This document shows positions 9,180 through 19,599 of a stretch of DNA of 64,000 nucleotides, one piece after another (within the stretch, counting starts at the first letter, position 1; each line of letters opens with the position of its first letter). The notes beneath the pieces were generated by a model. That model made no database searches and was not told the origin of the DNA. It was given only the letters and a program-made list of their open reading frames with translations. The position numbers were made by a program, and so were the translations under genes. Where the stretch lies: the NCBI GenBank assembly GCA_027622665.1, contig JAQBYT010000002.1, positions 192,001 through 256,000 on the forward strand, written 5' to 3'. Origin of the DNA: Verrucomicrobiota bacterium (GTDB lineage Bacteria; Verrucomicrobiota; Verrucomicrobiia; Opitutales; Seribacteraceae).

Positions 9180-12100
9180 GATGTATCGGATAGGTTACCA
9201 ATCGGCTTTATCTGGTTTCATAACCCTATTGGTCGCATCTTTCGGGCAGCTGTTTGGACAGACTACCTCTGCGGACGATAGGATTTCCAGTCCGGAGATA
9301 GACCCGGTCGCGCTGCACGAGCAAGCAACGCGCGCGTTGGATACTTATTGCGTTACCTGTCATGGCCCCGAGAAACAAAAGGGTGACCTGCGATTCGATG
9401 CATTGGAGACCATGGACGCAGTGGACCTCCAGCATCTGTACGGCAACATGCTGGAAGTCATCCAACTCGGAGAAATGCCTCCTGAGAAAGCCAAGCAACC
9501 GAAGGGAACGGAGAAAAAGATTCTATTGCAGTGGTTGGATAGTCAACTTACAGGCAACGCGGCCAAGGCGCTTGCTGAGAAACTCGTGCGGTTCGAGTAC
9601 GGTAACGTGACTTCTCACGAAGATTTATTTTCGGGTGAGTACGCAGACTTGGCTGGGTACACACCGGATCGCAGATGGTTGATTAGTGAGTTTATATTCA
9701 ATGAGAAAATCAATAGCCTGCTCAACTACCGCTCAACCCGGAAAATCTACGGAACAACCCACAAGGTTCAGGGAGACAGCGGAGTTCACTGGAGCCCCAA
9801 AACGGAGCATGGAAACAAGTTCCGCAGAACCATTACAAACCCGTTTTTGTTGCCGGAAAAAGTAGGAGTCCGATACAGTTCGCACAAGCGTTTGACGACT
9901 GGCCACCTGCTCACCATGATCGGAAACGCAAAGCGTGTTGCCGGGCACATGTCCTCCGAGTCCATCATGAAGACACATTACCCGGCAATGTACGCACTGA
10001 TGGAAACCGAACTGAATTATCGGGAGATTCTACGTAACCGCGAACAGTTCCTCCGCACCTATGTCTTTATGGAGCGTCTGCTCAAAAACATCTATGGCGA
10101 AGAACATGAGAAACTGTTGCCAAAGGTCGTCCGGCAAGACATCGCCTACCCAGGGCCTCCAAAACATCAGGCCAACGGCATTCAGAAGCGGCATGAAAAC
10201 CTCGATTTCCTAGGACGGTTTGACCAGGAGGATCTTCAGGCCATCCTGAGGGGAATCGTCACCTACAAAGGCACGGAATACAAGGTCGAGGAAATTACGG
10301 CCAAATCGGAATCGGACAACAAAGGCAATGCCGTTTGGGCGCCTTACAGCGAAGCCAACCTTGCTGAATACAACCACATCATCGAGCAATGTGAAAGGGA
10401 CTGGTTTCTGGAGGGCGTCACCGACTACCGCATCGGCAACCGCATCACGACCATGAAGTTGTTCTACGACACATGGGACATGAACAGACTCTACCCCCAC
10501 GTAAAAAAGGAGAACTTCTCTGCACCGAATTACACCCCGCTCAATGACGCTGAGATGGCGGCCATCAGCAGCACAATCAAGAAGAACCGTAAGCAAGGTG
10601 ACCGGCACGTCCAGATCATCGACAAGTGCCTGGCCGAATGGAAGGCGGCATTCAAAGCAGATCGGCAATCCGCCGGGGGATTTCAAGAAACCTTGGTCGC
10701 CGAGTTTGTAATCGAACTGCACGAGCAAATCTTTGAGCGAAAGCCAACCGATTCGAAACTGGCTGAAAACATAGTGCAATTCAAGCTGTACCTCTCCAAG
10801 CTGGATAGGCAGAAGGCCATCGGGAAGTTGATTGAGTCCCTTGTCCTGAGCACTGAGTTTGCCTATCGAAACGAGTTTGGCCAGGGCGAAGCGGACGAAC
10901 ACGGCCGACGGTTGATGTCGCCCCGCAATGCGAGCCGTGCCCTCGCCTATGCGTTGACCGATAACAGCCCGGATGAAGCAATGGCAAAAGCCGCAGAGGA
11001 GGGACGGTTGGGTTCGCGCAAGGACTACGAAAGGGAGATCCGCAGGTTTCTGGCTCGCCGCGACAAATGGAACATCATCGACGAGAACGTACAGGCCGCC
11101 AACCTCAACCCCAGCGTGACGAACCAGCCAATACGCAAGTTGCGTTTCTTCCGGGATTTTTTTGGCTACCCGAAGGCACAGAACGTCTTCAAGGACGATT
11201 CGCGTTTTGGGGCAGGACGTCACGAGCAAGCGGTCAGCCGGTTGATCGAAGAGGCGGACATGCTGGTCGAGCACATCCTCCAAAAAGACGAGCAAGTCTT
11301 TGAGACGTTGCTGACGTCCGGAAAATTCTATGTCTTTCACAACGGAGACAACGCGTCGATGAAAGCCGCGTCCGATGCGCTCAGAAGCATTTACGACTAC
11401 TTCAAGAACAAAAACTGGCAGGCGTGGAAGCCGGAAGACGTCGCCCCGCATGAGGCTTTTCTTAGAACCCACTGGGAGTTTCAACGTGAGAAACAAGGCG
11501 ATCACCCTAAAATCCTGAGGAAGCTCCAAAAAATGATGGATGGGCTTGAGCTGCACTTCAGCGAAGGTCAAACCGGAGCCCTGCCTTACATGAAGAACGG
11601 CATGGGATTCTGGCACGGCGGACCGGTTCTCGGCCGGAGCGGACAACAGATGCGCGGCGAACAAGTGACCACCTACTGGAATCTCAATTGGAAGACATGG
11701 GACTATCCACCCAACCAGCCAGCCACCATCCCCAACCGAAAAGGGATTTTGACCCATCCCGCCTGGTTGATTGCCCATGCTCAAAACTTGGAGACTGATC
11801 CAATACATCGTGGCAAATGGATCCGTGAGAAGTTGTTGGCCGGAACAATCCCCGACGTACCGATCACCGTGGATGCCGTGATTCCGCCGGACCCTCACAA
11901 GACCCTCCGCCAAAGGATGGAAGACCGAACGGGCGAATCCTACTGCTGGCGTTGCCACGAAAAGATGGATCCCCTTGGCTTGCCCTTCGAGACCTACGAC
12001 GACTTCGGTCGCTACCGAACTGCGGAGAACCTGGAACACCCGGAAAACTTAATTCAAGAAGCCAAGCGTGGTGAGGTAAACGCCTTCGGTGCCTCGCTTT

Positions 12101-12411
12101 CGGTTTTCAAAACGTTGCCGGTCGATCCTCGTGGAGTTCTCAAGGGAACGGGTGACCCGAAATTGGACGGCAAGGTCAAAGATGCATTCGACTTGATCGA
12201 CCGACTGGCAAGATCGGAAAAGGTACGACAGTCCATTATCCGCCATGCCTTCCGCTACTTTTTGGGACGCAACGAAACGCTTTCCGACTCCAAAACCTTG
12301 ATTGACGCAAACAGAGCCTATGTGGACAATGAAGGCAGCTTCGACGAAGTGATCGTTTCCCTGTTAACCTCAGATTCATTTATTTACCGCAAACGCAACA
12401 CCAAGGAATAA
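9166..12411 (+). CDS. Di-heme Planctomycete cytochrome c / DUF1592 / DUF1588 / DUF1585 protein (subtype A, cassette 1)
   Basis: Signal peptide; CVTCH + GEMPP; ALAYALTD..PD; RKGILTHPAWL, DPIHRGKWIREKLL, CWRCH..MDPLG; HAFRYFLGRNE. Confidence 0.9.
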   Translation: MPQAKMYRIGYQSALSGFITLLVASFGQLFGQTTSADDRISSPEIDPVALHEQATRALDTYCVTCHGPEKQKGDLRFDALETMDAVDLQHLYGNMLEVIQLGEMPPEKAKQPKGTEKKILLQWLDSQLTGNAAKALAEKLVRFEYGNVTSHEDLFSGEYADLAGYTPDRRWLISEFIFNEKINSLLNYRSTRKIYGTTHKVQGDSGVHWSPKTEHGNKFRRTITNPFLLPEKVGVRYSSHKRLTTGHLLTMIGNAKRVAGHMSSESIMKTHYPAMYALMETELNYREILRNREQFLRTYVFMERLLKNIYGEEHEKLLPKVVRQDIAYPGPPKHQANGIQKRHENLDFLGRFDQEDLQAILRGIVTYKGTEYKVEEITAKSESDNKGNAVWAPYSEANLAEYNHIIEQCERDWFLEGVTDYRIGNRITTMKLFYDTWDMNRLYPHVKKENFSAPNYTPLNDAEMAAISSTIKKNRKQGDRHVQIIDKCLAEWKAAFKADRQSAGGFQETLVAEFVIELHEQIFERKPTDSKLAENIVQFKLYLSKLDRQKAIGKLIESLVLSTEFAYRNEFGQGEADEHGRRLMSPRNASRALAYALTDNSPDEAMAKAAEEGRLGSRKDYEREIRRFLARRDKWNIIDENVQAANLNPSVTNQPIRKLRFFRDFFGYPKAQNVFKDDSRFGAGRHEQAVSRLIEEADMLVEHILQKDEQVFETLLTSGKFYVFHNGDNASMKAASDALRSIYDYFKNKNWQAWKPEDVAPHEAFLRTHWEFQREKQGDHPKILRKLQKMMDGLELHFSEGQTGALPYMKNGMGFWHGGPVLGRSGQQMRGEQVTTYWNLNWKTWDYPPNQPATIPNRKGILTHPAWLIAHAQNLETDPIHRGKWIREKLLAGTIPDVPITVDAVIPPDPHKTLRQRMEDRTGESYCWRCHEKMDPLGLPFETYDDFGRYRTAENLEHPENLIQEAKRGEVNAFGASLSVFKTLPVDPRGVLKGTGDPKLDGKVKDAFDLIDRLARSEKVRQSIIRHAFRYFLGRNETLSDSKTLIDANRAYVDNEGSFDEVIVSLLTSDSFIYRKRNTKE

Positions 12412-12414
12412 AGC

Positions 12415-13812
12415 ATGTTGATCAACCGAAGAGAACTTTTGAAGAGAACTGCGTTGGGAACGGCCAGCCTCGCGCTCACACCCTCGTTTACCCACCTAAG
12501 GGCCGCTTCAGCGAAGCATTCGGTTCGCTTCCCGCACCGGTTCGTCTTTATCCGGAAGTCCAACGGAAATTTGCCCACCCAATTCGGCCTCCCCTCCTTT
12601 TCCGCCGAAGAGTTGAAAAAGCACGAGGAGAAGGAATCCTTCGAGGTTGACTTGTCGAAGCACGAATTGCCCGACTGGCTGAAAGGGCTCGACGAACATA
12701 AAGAGAACATCACCATCCTGCACGGCATCTCGATGTCGGTCAGCGGAGGCGGGCACTACTCCTACTCCGGTTGCATGGGGGCCTACAAAGCAGGACGCGA
12801 CATTCTCAGCAACATCAAGCGGGCGACCATTGATTTCGAATTAGCCAAGCTTTTCCCCTCCCCTTTCGGTCATGTTGAGATGTCTCTGGCGGTGCCTCAC
12901 GGGCGTGATCACAGGACAGGTATTGTTTCCGGCTATTCCGCTCCGGCGGCCAAACAACGCAACTACTGCTACGCCGACCCCATGACGGCCCATCAAGAAT
13001 TGTTCAAATCGGTCACCAATACTTCGGAGGCAGAATCCGACCGCGCCCTCCTCGACTACTTGCACGACAAGGAACGCCGCCAACTCAAGGGGTTGGACGG
13101 TGATGAACGCCTCAAGATCAGCGATCAGGTCGATTCGCTCCAATCCATCCGCGACCGCAACGCCAAAGTCGAGTCCCTGGGAGCAAAGATCAAACAACAC
13201 CTACCCGACATCGACCCGATCCATGCAAACGGCGGCGCAAACGCAACCCTACCCCAGAAACAGGCGGCATTCACCGATGTGATCATCGGAGCGCTGGCTT
13301 CAGGAATCACCAACGTCGTTACCTACACCATTGACGACCTGGGCACCGACATCACCTCCCTTCCGGAGAACACCCAGAAGACAAGTATCCACCAGATCGG
13401 GCATGGCGGCCAAATTTCAGGCGCCGCCCTAATGAGGGATGCCATCAAGACCCACCACATCAAGCAAGTCAGAACTCTGGTGACCCAACTCAAATCCGTC
13501 CCCGAGGGAAATGGTACGATGTTCGATAACACGACGATCATCTACATGCCCGAAACCGGAGCCGGCCACCACGGCCCGGACACGGAGGCGCCGATGGTCC
13601 TCATGACCGGCAAGAACTCAAAGCTCGATCTTGCGGGTCGCTACGTCCGCTTGCCTTTTCACGGTACCGAAGGACACAAGACGTTGAGCAATTGGTATAC
13701 GACGTTGCTCAACGCTTACGGCAGCCCGATTGAGCATTATGGTGATCTGGACCTGACCATGCAACGCAATCGTCTCAAGCAGACAGGCGCGATCGACAGA
13801 TTCTTGATCTAA
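12415..13812 (+). CDS. DUF1552 (HXXSHH-like) Tat-exported protein (subtype A, cassette 1)
   Basis: NRRELLK twin-arginine leader; RFVFIRKSNG; IHQIGH; LKSVPEGNGTMFDNT; starts 3 bp after the heme-protein stop. Confidence 0.9.
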   Translation: MLINRRELLKRTALGTASLALTPSFTHLRAASAKHSVRFPHRFVFIRKSNGNLPTQFGLPSFSAEELKKHEEKESFEVDLSKHELPDWLKGLDEHKENITILHGISMSVSGGGHYSYSGCMGAYKAGRDILSNIKRATIDFELAKLFPSPFGHVEMSLAVPHGRDHRTGIVSGYSAPAAKQRNYCYADPMTAHQELFKSVTNTSEAESDRALLDYLHDKERRQLKGLDGDERLKISDQVDSLQSIRDRNAKVESLGAKIKQHLPDIDPIHANGGANATLPQKQAAFTDVIIGALASGITNVVTYTIDDLGTDITSLPENTQKTSIHQIGHGGQISGAALMRDAIKTHHIKQVRTLVTQLKSVPEGNGTMFDNTTIIYMPETGAGHHGPDTEAPMVLMTGKNSKLDLAGRYVRLPFHGTEGHKTLSNWYTTLLNAYGSPIEHYGDLDLTMQRNRLKQTGAIDRFLI

Positions 13813-14029
13813 GCCTTGGGCGCGTCTTCCTTCCCATTCCGGCATGAAACCTTTCCATCAAAAAAGGTTTGCTCTCTTGCTCATGGTGTTCTGCTTTTCT
13901 TTCCTTATCGGCAATGCCGATGAGACAGAGGACCGCTCGACTGCCGGATCAGCAGCAACTCACCCAAATGAGCACCCCTTCGCTCCCAGCTTAAAAGGGC
14001 AATCCGAAAGCTGTTTGACTTGCGGATGG

Positions 14030-17000
14030 TCAGCGTTCTGATTCGGGGACATGAATGGCCGCAAACGCATTCAGGCCGAAACCAATTGGCCTGAGATTCG
14101 AGGGTCTGATATCGTCGCGGGGATGACCATTGAAATTAACATACAAGGTAGAACCGTCTTTACTCAATTTCGCTCCATAGGTCCCGCCCGGAACATAGCC
14201 AATTTGTTCTTCCATTGCCGGCCCGAGGAAAGCGAGCACCTTCCGCTTTTTTCTTTTCAGGTCAAATTGCATAACCGGCGTGCCGTATTTCCATGCCTGA
14301 CCGTGGGAGCCGGGCAAATAGTAAAGAAACCGCTCGTCTGCTGAAAGTAGCATAACGGTCGTGTACTGCCCCGTCCCCCAAGTGGGTCCCAACATGTCGA
14401 TTTTTTTGCGATGGGGAGAGATTGCATAAAGTTGGTTTGTTTTGTGGGTGCTTCCGTAAAAAAATCCATTCGTTGACATCCGGGTAGCCGAGCGAATTCC
14501 AGGAGATTCCCCTGGAAACGTGATGCCGCAAAAAGAGGTTTTCCCCGTTTCCAAATCCATTCGGTGGAATTTGCCTTCCTTCCCGTTGAAATAAATCGAT
14601 CCATCTTTCCCCAATGCAATCGCCCGGTTGAATTCGACGACACCGTCCTTGGTCTGGTGAACGACCTTACCGGATTCAAGATCGAGGGCGTAAAGGGCGT
14701 CGCCCTCTCCTCCCTCCAGGTTGCACCACCAAAGGTTTCGGTCGGGATCGACGAGCGAGGTAGCGGTACATCTCTTGGGCGGCAGGTTTGAGAATACCTT
14801 GGTTTCCTTTGTTTTTGGGTCATAACGATAGAGCTGGCCACCGGGGAGCCGATCGTTCCATTTGTATTTTGGATCACCTGCCTTCTGCCCGCCATTCAAG
14901 GTGCAGGAAAAATAGATGCCGCCATCCCGTCCCTCGTCGATGCGGGCATGAACCTTGGTCCATGCGGGCTGTCCGGCCTTGGGAGGGACGATCTTTCCCA
15001 TATCCGCAACCTGGGTTAATTTGCTCTTCATTGGATCCCACCTGTAAATAAGGCAACGGCCGTCTCCACCTGCGTCATCTCCATGATCCCCGATCGCGCT
15101 GTAAACGGAGCCATCCCTTGCAACGCATATGTCCCCCCAAGATGACCACAAGCGCCTTTCTGCCGGCTGAGGCCCGAGCCTGTCGTGAAAGGAGATCTCA
15201 ACGCGCGGAGCAACCTTTGCCATTTCAAATTCCGCATAGCCTTCCTCGCTCATCGCTTTGCGCACCTCCGTGGGAATTTCCAGGAACTTGTCCGTTTGGA
15301 CGGAAGCGTAATGTTCTTTGACTCCGGGCAGTTCGGGCGGCCATGGACGGTTGGACAAATTCTCATCGCGCAATTCCTCGTTGGTGGAGATCACCATGCG
15401 CTGGTTTGCCGAAAGGTTTGCCCGGGTGATTGTCCCTTTGCCATGGGGCAAAGTGATTTGGACGTCGCAAGTCTCCTTCTCCCCCAAGCCAAAATGAACG
15501 ACGGCTTCTTGGCCCGACGCATATCCGAAACCGGAAGCCGTTTCCTTCATGCTCAGCAGCGACTTTGGATTTCCTGCACGGCGGGCATCATAGATAGTAA
15601 CTCGTGAACCGATACCCATCGCATTGATCCCGTCCGTTCCCTTTATCTCAACTTGAATCCAATTTCCGCCTTTGGTTTCGTTTTGCAACAGAAGGGAATC
15701 ACGCTCTTTCCACCAGCAAGGCATAACCATATCCATTTTCCCATCCTTGTTGAAATCACAGGTTGGTCCGGGGGCGGAATAAATGATCTTCCCCTCTGCG
15801 ATCATCTTTTGGAAAAGCTTGCCGGCACTTTTGATGGATTGGTCCTCGGCCGTTGGGAAATCATTTACTTCCAGAGCGCTTGCCTTGAAACTCGGGAGTT
15901 TGCTCTTCTTGTCGTTCCCTATGTTTTTGAAGATCAAGGGAGCGGGGTTTCCATCCGAATCGAACTTCACTAGTGACGCATAGACGTCCATCCTTCCGTC
16001 ATTGTCAAAATCCTGCACCTCCAAGTGAGGGGATTTCATCGGCAGAGCCAACAGGCCAACCTGTTCCGTTTGATCCTCAAAGGTTGGTTCTCCGTTCTTG
16101 ATGCCCAGGTTCAGGTAAAGCCTGTTCGCTACGGGCTTGACCCAGGGTTGTGAAAAGTGCTGGCCGAGCAGGATGTCGGGCAAACCATCATGGTTAATGT
16201 CCCCAATGGTTGCTCCACAGATCATGTCGTCGCCTTTCGCATCCGGCCAATGAAAGGTTTTCGGGCTGCATTTGGCTTCTTTGAATTTTCCTTTCCCATC
16301 GTTGAGGAACAAGTGGGAACCCTTTGTGGATACGATGAGAACGTCAGGCCACGAATCAAGGTTGACGTCCTGGGCGGCAACCCCAAGCCCGGGAATTCCT
16401 TCGGGGATTCCAGCTTCCCGCGAAAAGTCTTCAAATTTCAAGCCGCCAAGATTCCTGAACAAACGTGAGCTTGTGGTTTTCGATCCATTGTAGCCCGGGA
16501 TCGGATCTTCACCGACCAACAGGTCCAACAGACCGTCTCCATCAAAATCCAAGATTGCGGCGGAACGCCCCCCGAAGGCAGGCGGGCATGCTCCGTTGCC
16601 TTTCGATACGTTTGTAAACGCGCCCTTTCCATCATTGCTAAAGAGGGAACAACCAGCAAAAGCATGACCTTGTCGCTCGGCTAACTTGCTTCCCGTCGGG
16701 GCAGGCATGGAGGCAACGTAGAGGTCGTTGTCCCCGTCGTTATCGAAATCTGCGAGCAGTACCCCGGTTGCCCTGGTGGATAGCCTTGTTTCGGTTTGTT
16801 TATCCAGCTCGAATCTTCCTCCCCGATTCAAGAACAGCAGGTTTGGTTTCGTTTCCTTGTAGTGAAAGGTGGCGACGTAAAGATCCGGCCAACCATCTCC
16901 GTTGACGTCACCCCATGCTGCTCCATGTCCTTGAATATTCGACCCCTCGGGCAGAAAACCCTTCTGCTTGCCAACGTCGGAGAAGTTGAAATCCTTTTGC

Positions 17001-17086
17001 TCCTCGCCCACGGCGACAACGCTTGGGAGAAGATAAAGCAAAAGAGCGATTCCCGAAATACAAATACTGAGGTAATTTTTATTCAC
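14030..17086 (-). CDS. FG-GAP/CRTAC1-like repeat + ASPIC/UnbV protein fused to a second beta-propeller
   Basis: Repeated DxNxDGxxD Ca-binding motifs (GDVNGDGWPDL, DFDNDGDNDL, DFDGDGLLDL); NAMGIGSRV...GYASG...VHFGLG (ASPIC/UnbV); about 440-aa C-terminal propeller-like region. Confidence 0.85.
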   Translation of the reverse strand: MNKNYLSICISGIALLLYLLPSVVAVGEEQKDFNFSDVGKQKGFLPEGSNIQGHGAAWGDVNGDGWPDLYVATFHYKETKPNLLFLNRGGRFELDKQTETRLSTRATGVLLADFDNDGDNDLYVASMPAPTGSKLAERQGHAFAGCSLFSNDGKGAFTNVSKGNGACPPAFGGRSAAILDFDGDGLLDLLVGEDPIPGYNGSKTTSSRLFRNLGGLKFEDFSREAGIPEGIPGLGVAAQDVNLDSWPDVLIVSTKGSHLFLNDGKGKFKEAKCSPKTFHWPDAKGDDMICGATIGDINHDGLPDILLGQHFSQPWVKPVANRLYLNLGIKNGEPTFEDQTEQVGLLALPMKSPHLEVQDFDNDGRMDVYASLVKFDSDGNPAPLIFKNIGNDKKSKLPSFKASALEVNDFPTAEDQSIKSAGKLFQKMIAEGKIIYSAPGPTCDFNKDGKMDMVMPCWWKERDSLLLQNETKGGNWIQVEIKGTDGINAMGIGSRVTIYDARRAGNPKSLLSMKETASGFGYASGQEAVVHFGLGEKETCDVQITLPHGKGTITRANLSANQRMVISTNEELRDENLSNRPWPPELPGVKEHYASVQTDKFLEIPTEVRKAMSEEGYAEFEMAKVAPRVEISFHDRLGPQPAERRLWSSWGDICVARDGSVYSAIGDHGDDAGGDGRCLIYRWDPMKSKLTQVADMGKIVPPKAGQPAWTKVHARIDEGRDGGIYFSCTLNGGQKAGDPKYKWNDRLPGGQLYRYDPKTKETKVFSNLPPKRCTATSLVDPDRNLWWCNLEGGEGDALYALDLESGKVVHQTKDGVVEFNRAIALGKDGSIYFNGKEGKFHRMDLETGKTSFCGITFPGESPGIRSATRMSTNGFFYGSTHKTNQLYAISPHRKKIDMLGPTWGTGQYTTVMLLSADERFLYYLPGSHGQAWKYGTPVMQFDLKRKKRKVLAFLGPAMEEQIGYVPGGTYGAKLSKDGSTLYVNFNGHPRDDIRPSNLRPIGFGLNAFAAIHVPESER

Positions 17087-17217
17087 TAATGATTAGTCTG
17101 ACAGCTTACTTCCAGACTCATCCGAAAATGAAGTCTATTCTTCTTGTCAAGTGAGAAAAGTCATGGAGCCATTGCTACCTCTGGGATTCTGAAAGCCTCT
17201 ATGCAATTGCCTCCTGT

Positions 17218-17712
17218 ATGAAAAAACGATCCAATTTCAGCATGACAAAAAGAAAAGTTATCCCGCATTTTTCCGGTTTGATTTTGCTTTTCTTGCTGGC
17301 CTGCCCTTCGGCCTGGGGGACAAAGGTCCCTTCCTCTAAAGATCAACTGGAGAAAATCGCCAATCACGTCGTGGTGGTCAAGGTCCAGGCTATTTACTCC
17401 TACATGGAGCGGGAAGGCATTTCAGTATTAAGCGGTTATGAGTACGACAGGAAAGTGGCGGAGGTAAAGATCGAGAAAGTCGAGAAAGGCAAGATTGCCG
17501 AAAGCCTGATCTACATCCGCTACTGGAGCCGGGAATGGAAGGGCTTGGGACTTCCGCCCCCGGGTGGACAATCCTACGAACCTCAACCCAAGAAAGGGCA
17601 AATTTTCCTTTTTTACCTCGCAAAAAATGCCTACGAAGGCTGGTCGAAGGGGTCGCAGGATGGCGGATACAACGTCGTCTACGTCAGCGGCGTACAACCG
17701 CTTGAGAAATAA
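17218..17712 (+). CDS. Secreted hypothetical protein
   Basis: 164 aa with a signal peptide ending SAWG; divergent from the FG-GAP gene. Confidence 0.65.
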   Translation: MKKRSNFSMTKRKVIPHFSGLILLFLLACPSAWGTKVPSSKDQLEKIANHVVVVKVQAIYSYMEREGISVLSGYEYDRKVAEVKIEKVEKGKIAESLIYIRYWSREWKGLGLPPPGGQSYEPQPKKGQIFLFYLAKNAYEGWSKGSQDGGYNVVYVSGVQPLEK

Positions 17713-17742
17713 GTTCACCGACTGTATATTCTGTCTAACATA

Positions 17743-19215
17743 ATGACACTTCCCATGAAACAAAGCAGCCTCTCTTTTTTCTTGCTCCTTCTTTTTGGGC
17801 AAATCCTGTTCTCCGGGGACAAGCCGAACATCGTCTTTTTCCTTGCCGACGACGTCTCCCAGGATGATTTCGGGTGCTACGGGCATCCCGTAATCAAGAC
17901 ACCCAACGTCGACGCCCTAGCCAGTAAGGGCATGCGCTTCGACAACGCCTACCTGACCACCAGCAGCTGCAGCCCCACGCGCTGCAGCATCATCACCGGG
18001 CGCTACCCTCACAATACGGGCGCTCCCGAGCTGCACGTCCGCCTGCCTGAATCCCAAGTGCGTTTCCCCGAGCTTTTGAGGAAGGCGGGGTACTACACCG
18101 TGCTTTCGGGCAAGAACCACATGTTTGGGCACAAAGACCGGGCCTTCGACCGGATCACGGGCGGTGGAGGACCGGGCAAGGAGAAGGATTGGGTCGATCA
18201 CGTCAAGGACCGCCCCAAGGACAAACCCTTCTTCTTCTGGTTCGCGGCCTCGGATGCGCATCGCGGTTGGGGCATATCTGACGATGCCCCGAAATACGAG
18301 CCCAAGGACATTGTAATTCCTCCCTACATGGTCGACACCGAGGAAACCCGTAAGGACCTCACCGGTTACTACCATGAGGTTAGCCGTTTCGATCATTTCA
18401 TCGGACTGGTAATCGCCGAGTTGAAAAAACAGGGCATCCTCGAAAACACCATGATCGTGGTCGCCGCGGACAACGGTCGCCCTTTCCCCCGTTGCAAGTC
18501 GCGCATGTACGACAGCGGGATCAAGACACCTTGGGTCGTTTACTACCCGGACGTCATCAAGAAACCTTCGGTCACTCAAAGACTGGTCAGCGTGATCGAC
18601 CTCAGTGCCACCTGTCTGGAACTAGCCGGGGTCAAGCGGCCCGCCTTCGTTCAGGGACGCAGTTTTCTTCCTATTTTGAAAGACACGAAGGCCCAAGTGA
18701 GGGAAGTCGTCTTTGCCGAACACAACTGGCATGTCTACAAGAACCACGAGCGCATGGTTCGCTTTGGAAACTTTCTCTATATCCGTAACAATTTCCCCGA
18801 CCAGCCTAATCTTTGCTACGAGTCGGATGATCATTACCCCGCCGGTGCTGAATTGTGGAAGGCTCATGCCGCGGGCAAGACTACCCGTAATCAATTTCAG
18901 GTGTTTGCCAATCCCTGCCCGCCCGAGGAACTCTTTGAAGTCAGCGACGACCCACATCAACTGACTAACCTGGCTAATGCCCGCGAGTATGCGAAAAATC
19001 TCAAGCAAGCTCGCGCCCTGCTCGCCGACTGGACCAAGCAAACGGGGGATTCCATTCCCGCCAACCCGACTCCCCACCGGCACGACCCTCCCCGAATCGA
19101 GGACGGCAAGATTATCCCTCAGGGGAAGGCAGGGAAAAGAAACCCTCACGCTGAGATGCCGGGAGCTTCCAACAATGCCATGAAGGTCAACCACCCCGGC
19201 CCGCTGAAGCTGTAG
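17743..19215 (+). CDS. Family S1 sulfatase (sulfamidase/N-sulfoglucosamine sulfohydrolase-like)
   Basis: PNIVFFLADD, CSPTR..IITGRYP, GYYT..SGKNH, DAHR, ADNGRPFPRCK. Confidence 0.92.
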   Translation: MTLPMKQSSLSFFLLLLFGQILFSGDKPNIVFFLADDVSQDDFGCYGHPVIKTPNVDALASKGMRFDNAYLTTSSCSPTRCSIITGRYPHNTGAPELHVRLPESQVRFPELLRKAGYYTVLSGKNHMFGHKDRAFDRITGGGGPGKEKDWVDHVKDRPKDKPFFFWFAASDAHRGWGISDDAPKYEPKDIVIPPYMVDTEETRKDLTGYYHEVSRFDHFIGLVIAELKKQGILENTMIVVAADNGRPFPRCKSRMYDSGIKTPWVVYYPDVIKKPSVTQRLVSVIDLSATCLELAGVKRPAFVQGRSFLPILKDTKAQVREVVFAEHNWHVYKNHERMVRFGNFLYIRNNFPDQPNLCYESDDHYPAGAELWKAHAAGKTTRNQFQVFANPCPPEELFEVSDDPHQLTNLANAREYAKNLKQARALLADWTKQTGDSIPANPTPHRHDPPRIEDGKIIPQGKAGKRNPHAEMPGASNNAMKVNHPGPLKL

Positions 19216-19225
19216 CAAAGTCACA

Positions 19226-19489
19226 ATGACAAAACTGGATCCACTCTCCATCGCCTTGCTCCTTGCCTTGGTCAAGAACCCGAACTCTTTCTCCAAATGG
19301 GGCGGCGCCAAAAAGTGCTGAGGCTTTCATCCAGACTACGCGCTTGTGCGGAAGACCGACGACGAGGTCGTCGAGGTGCATCTTTTTTTCTCCAACCACG
19401 AGATCAAGGTATTCAAGGGGCAATCCGAGGTGTACTGCGAAATAGAAAAGGACGCCCACGAAGGGCTCAGGAAATGGACTCGCATTTAG
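19226..19489 (+). pseudogene. Degenerate remnant of a 'KxCGGFHPDY...CFGC' family hypothetical gene
   Basis: Manual translation from ATG 19226: ...FSKWGGAKKC*GFHPDYALVRK...VHLFFSNHEIK...; in-frame TGA at 19319-19321; ends TAG 19487-19489. Confidence 0.55.
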
Positions 19490-19599
19490 CGAATTGAAGA
19501 GGATGAAGGGAAATCACATCAATACCTTATTCTGAAATCTTTTCAGGGCATTAGTTAGTTATCGATTTCAAGAGCTAGTGTGATAACCATCATATAACC

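Noticed and set aside
10210..12039. 609-aa antisense ORF (likewise 29732..31120, 32543..33589, 48643..49914 and many shorter ones)
   Set aside because: They lie wholly opposite motif-rich genes and have no motifs of their own; typical shadow ORFs from codon bias in moderately GC-rich DNA.
17095..17149. Dyad AGTCTG-N12-CAGACT and a minus-strand TTGACA in the divergent spacer
   Set aside because: Only 6-bp arms and no properly spaced -10 element; could be chance.
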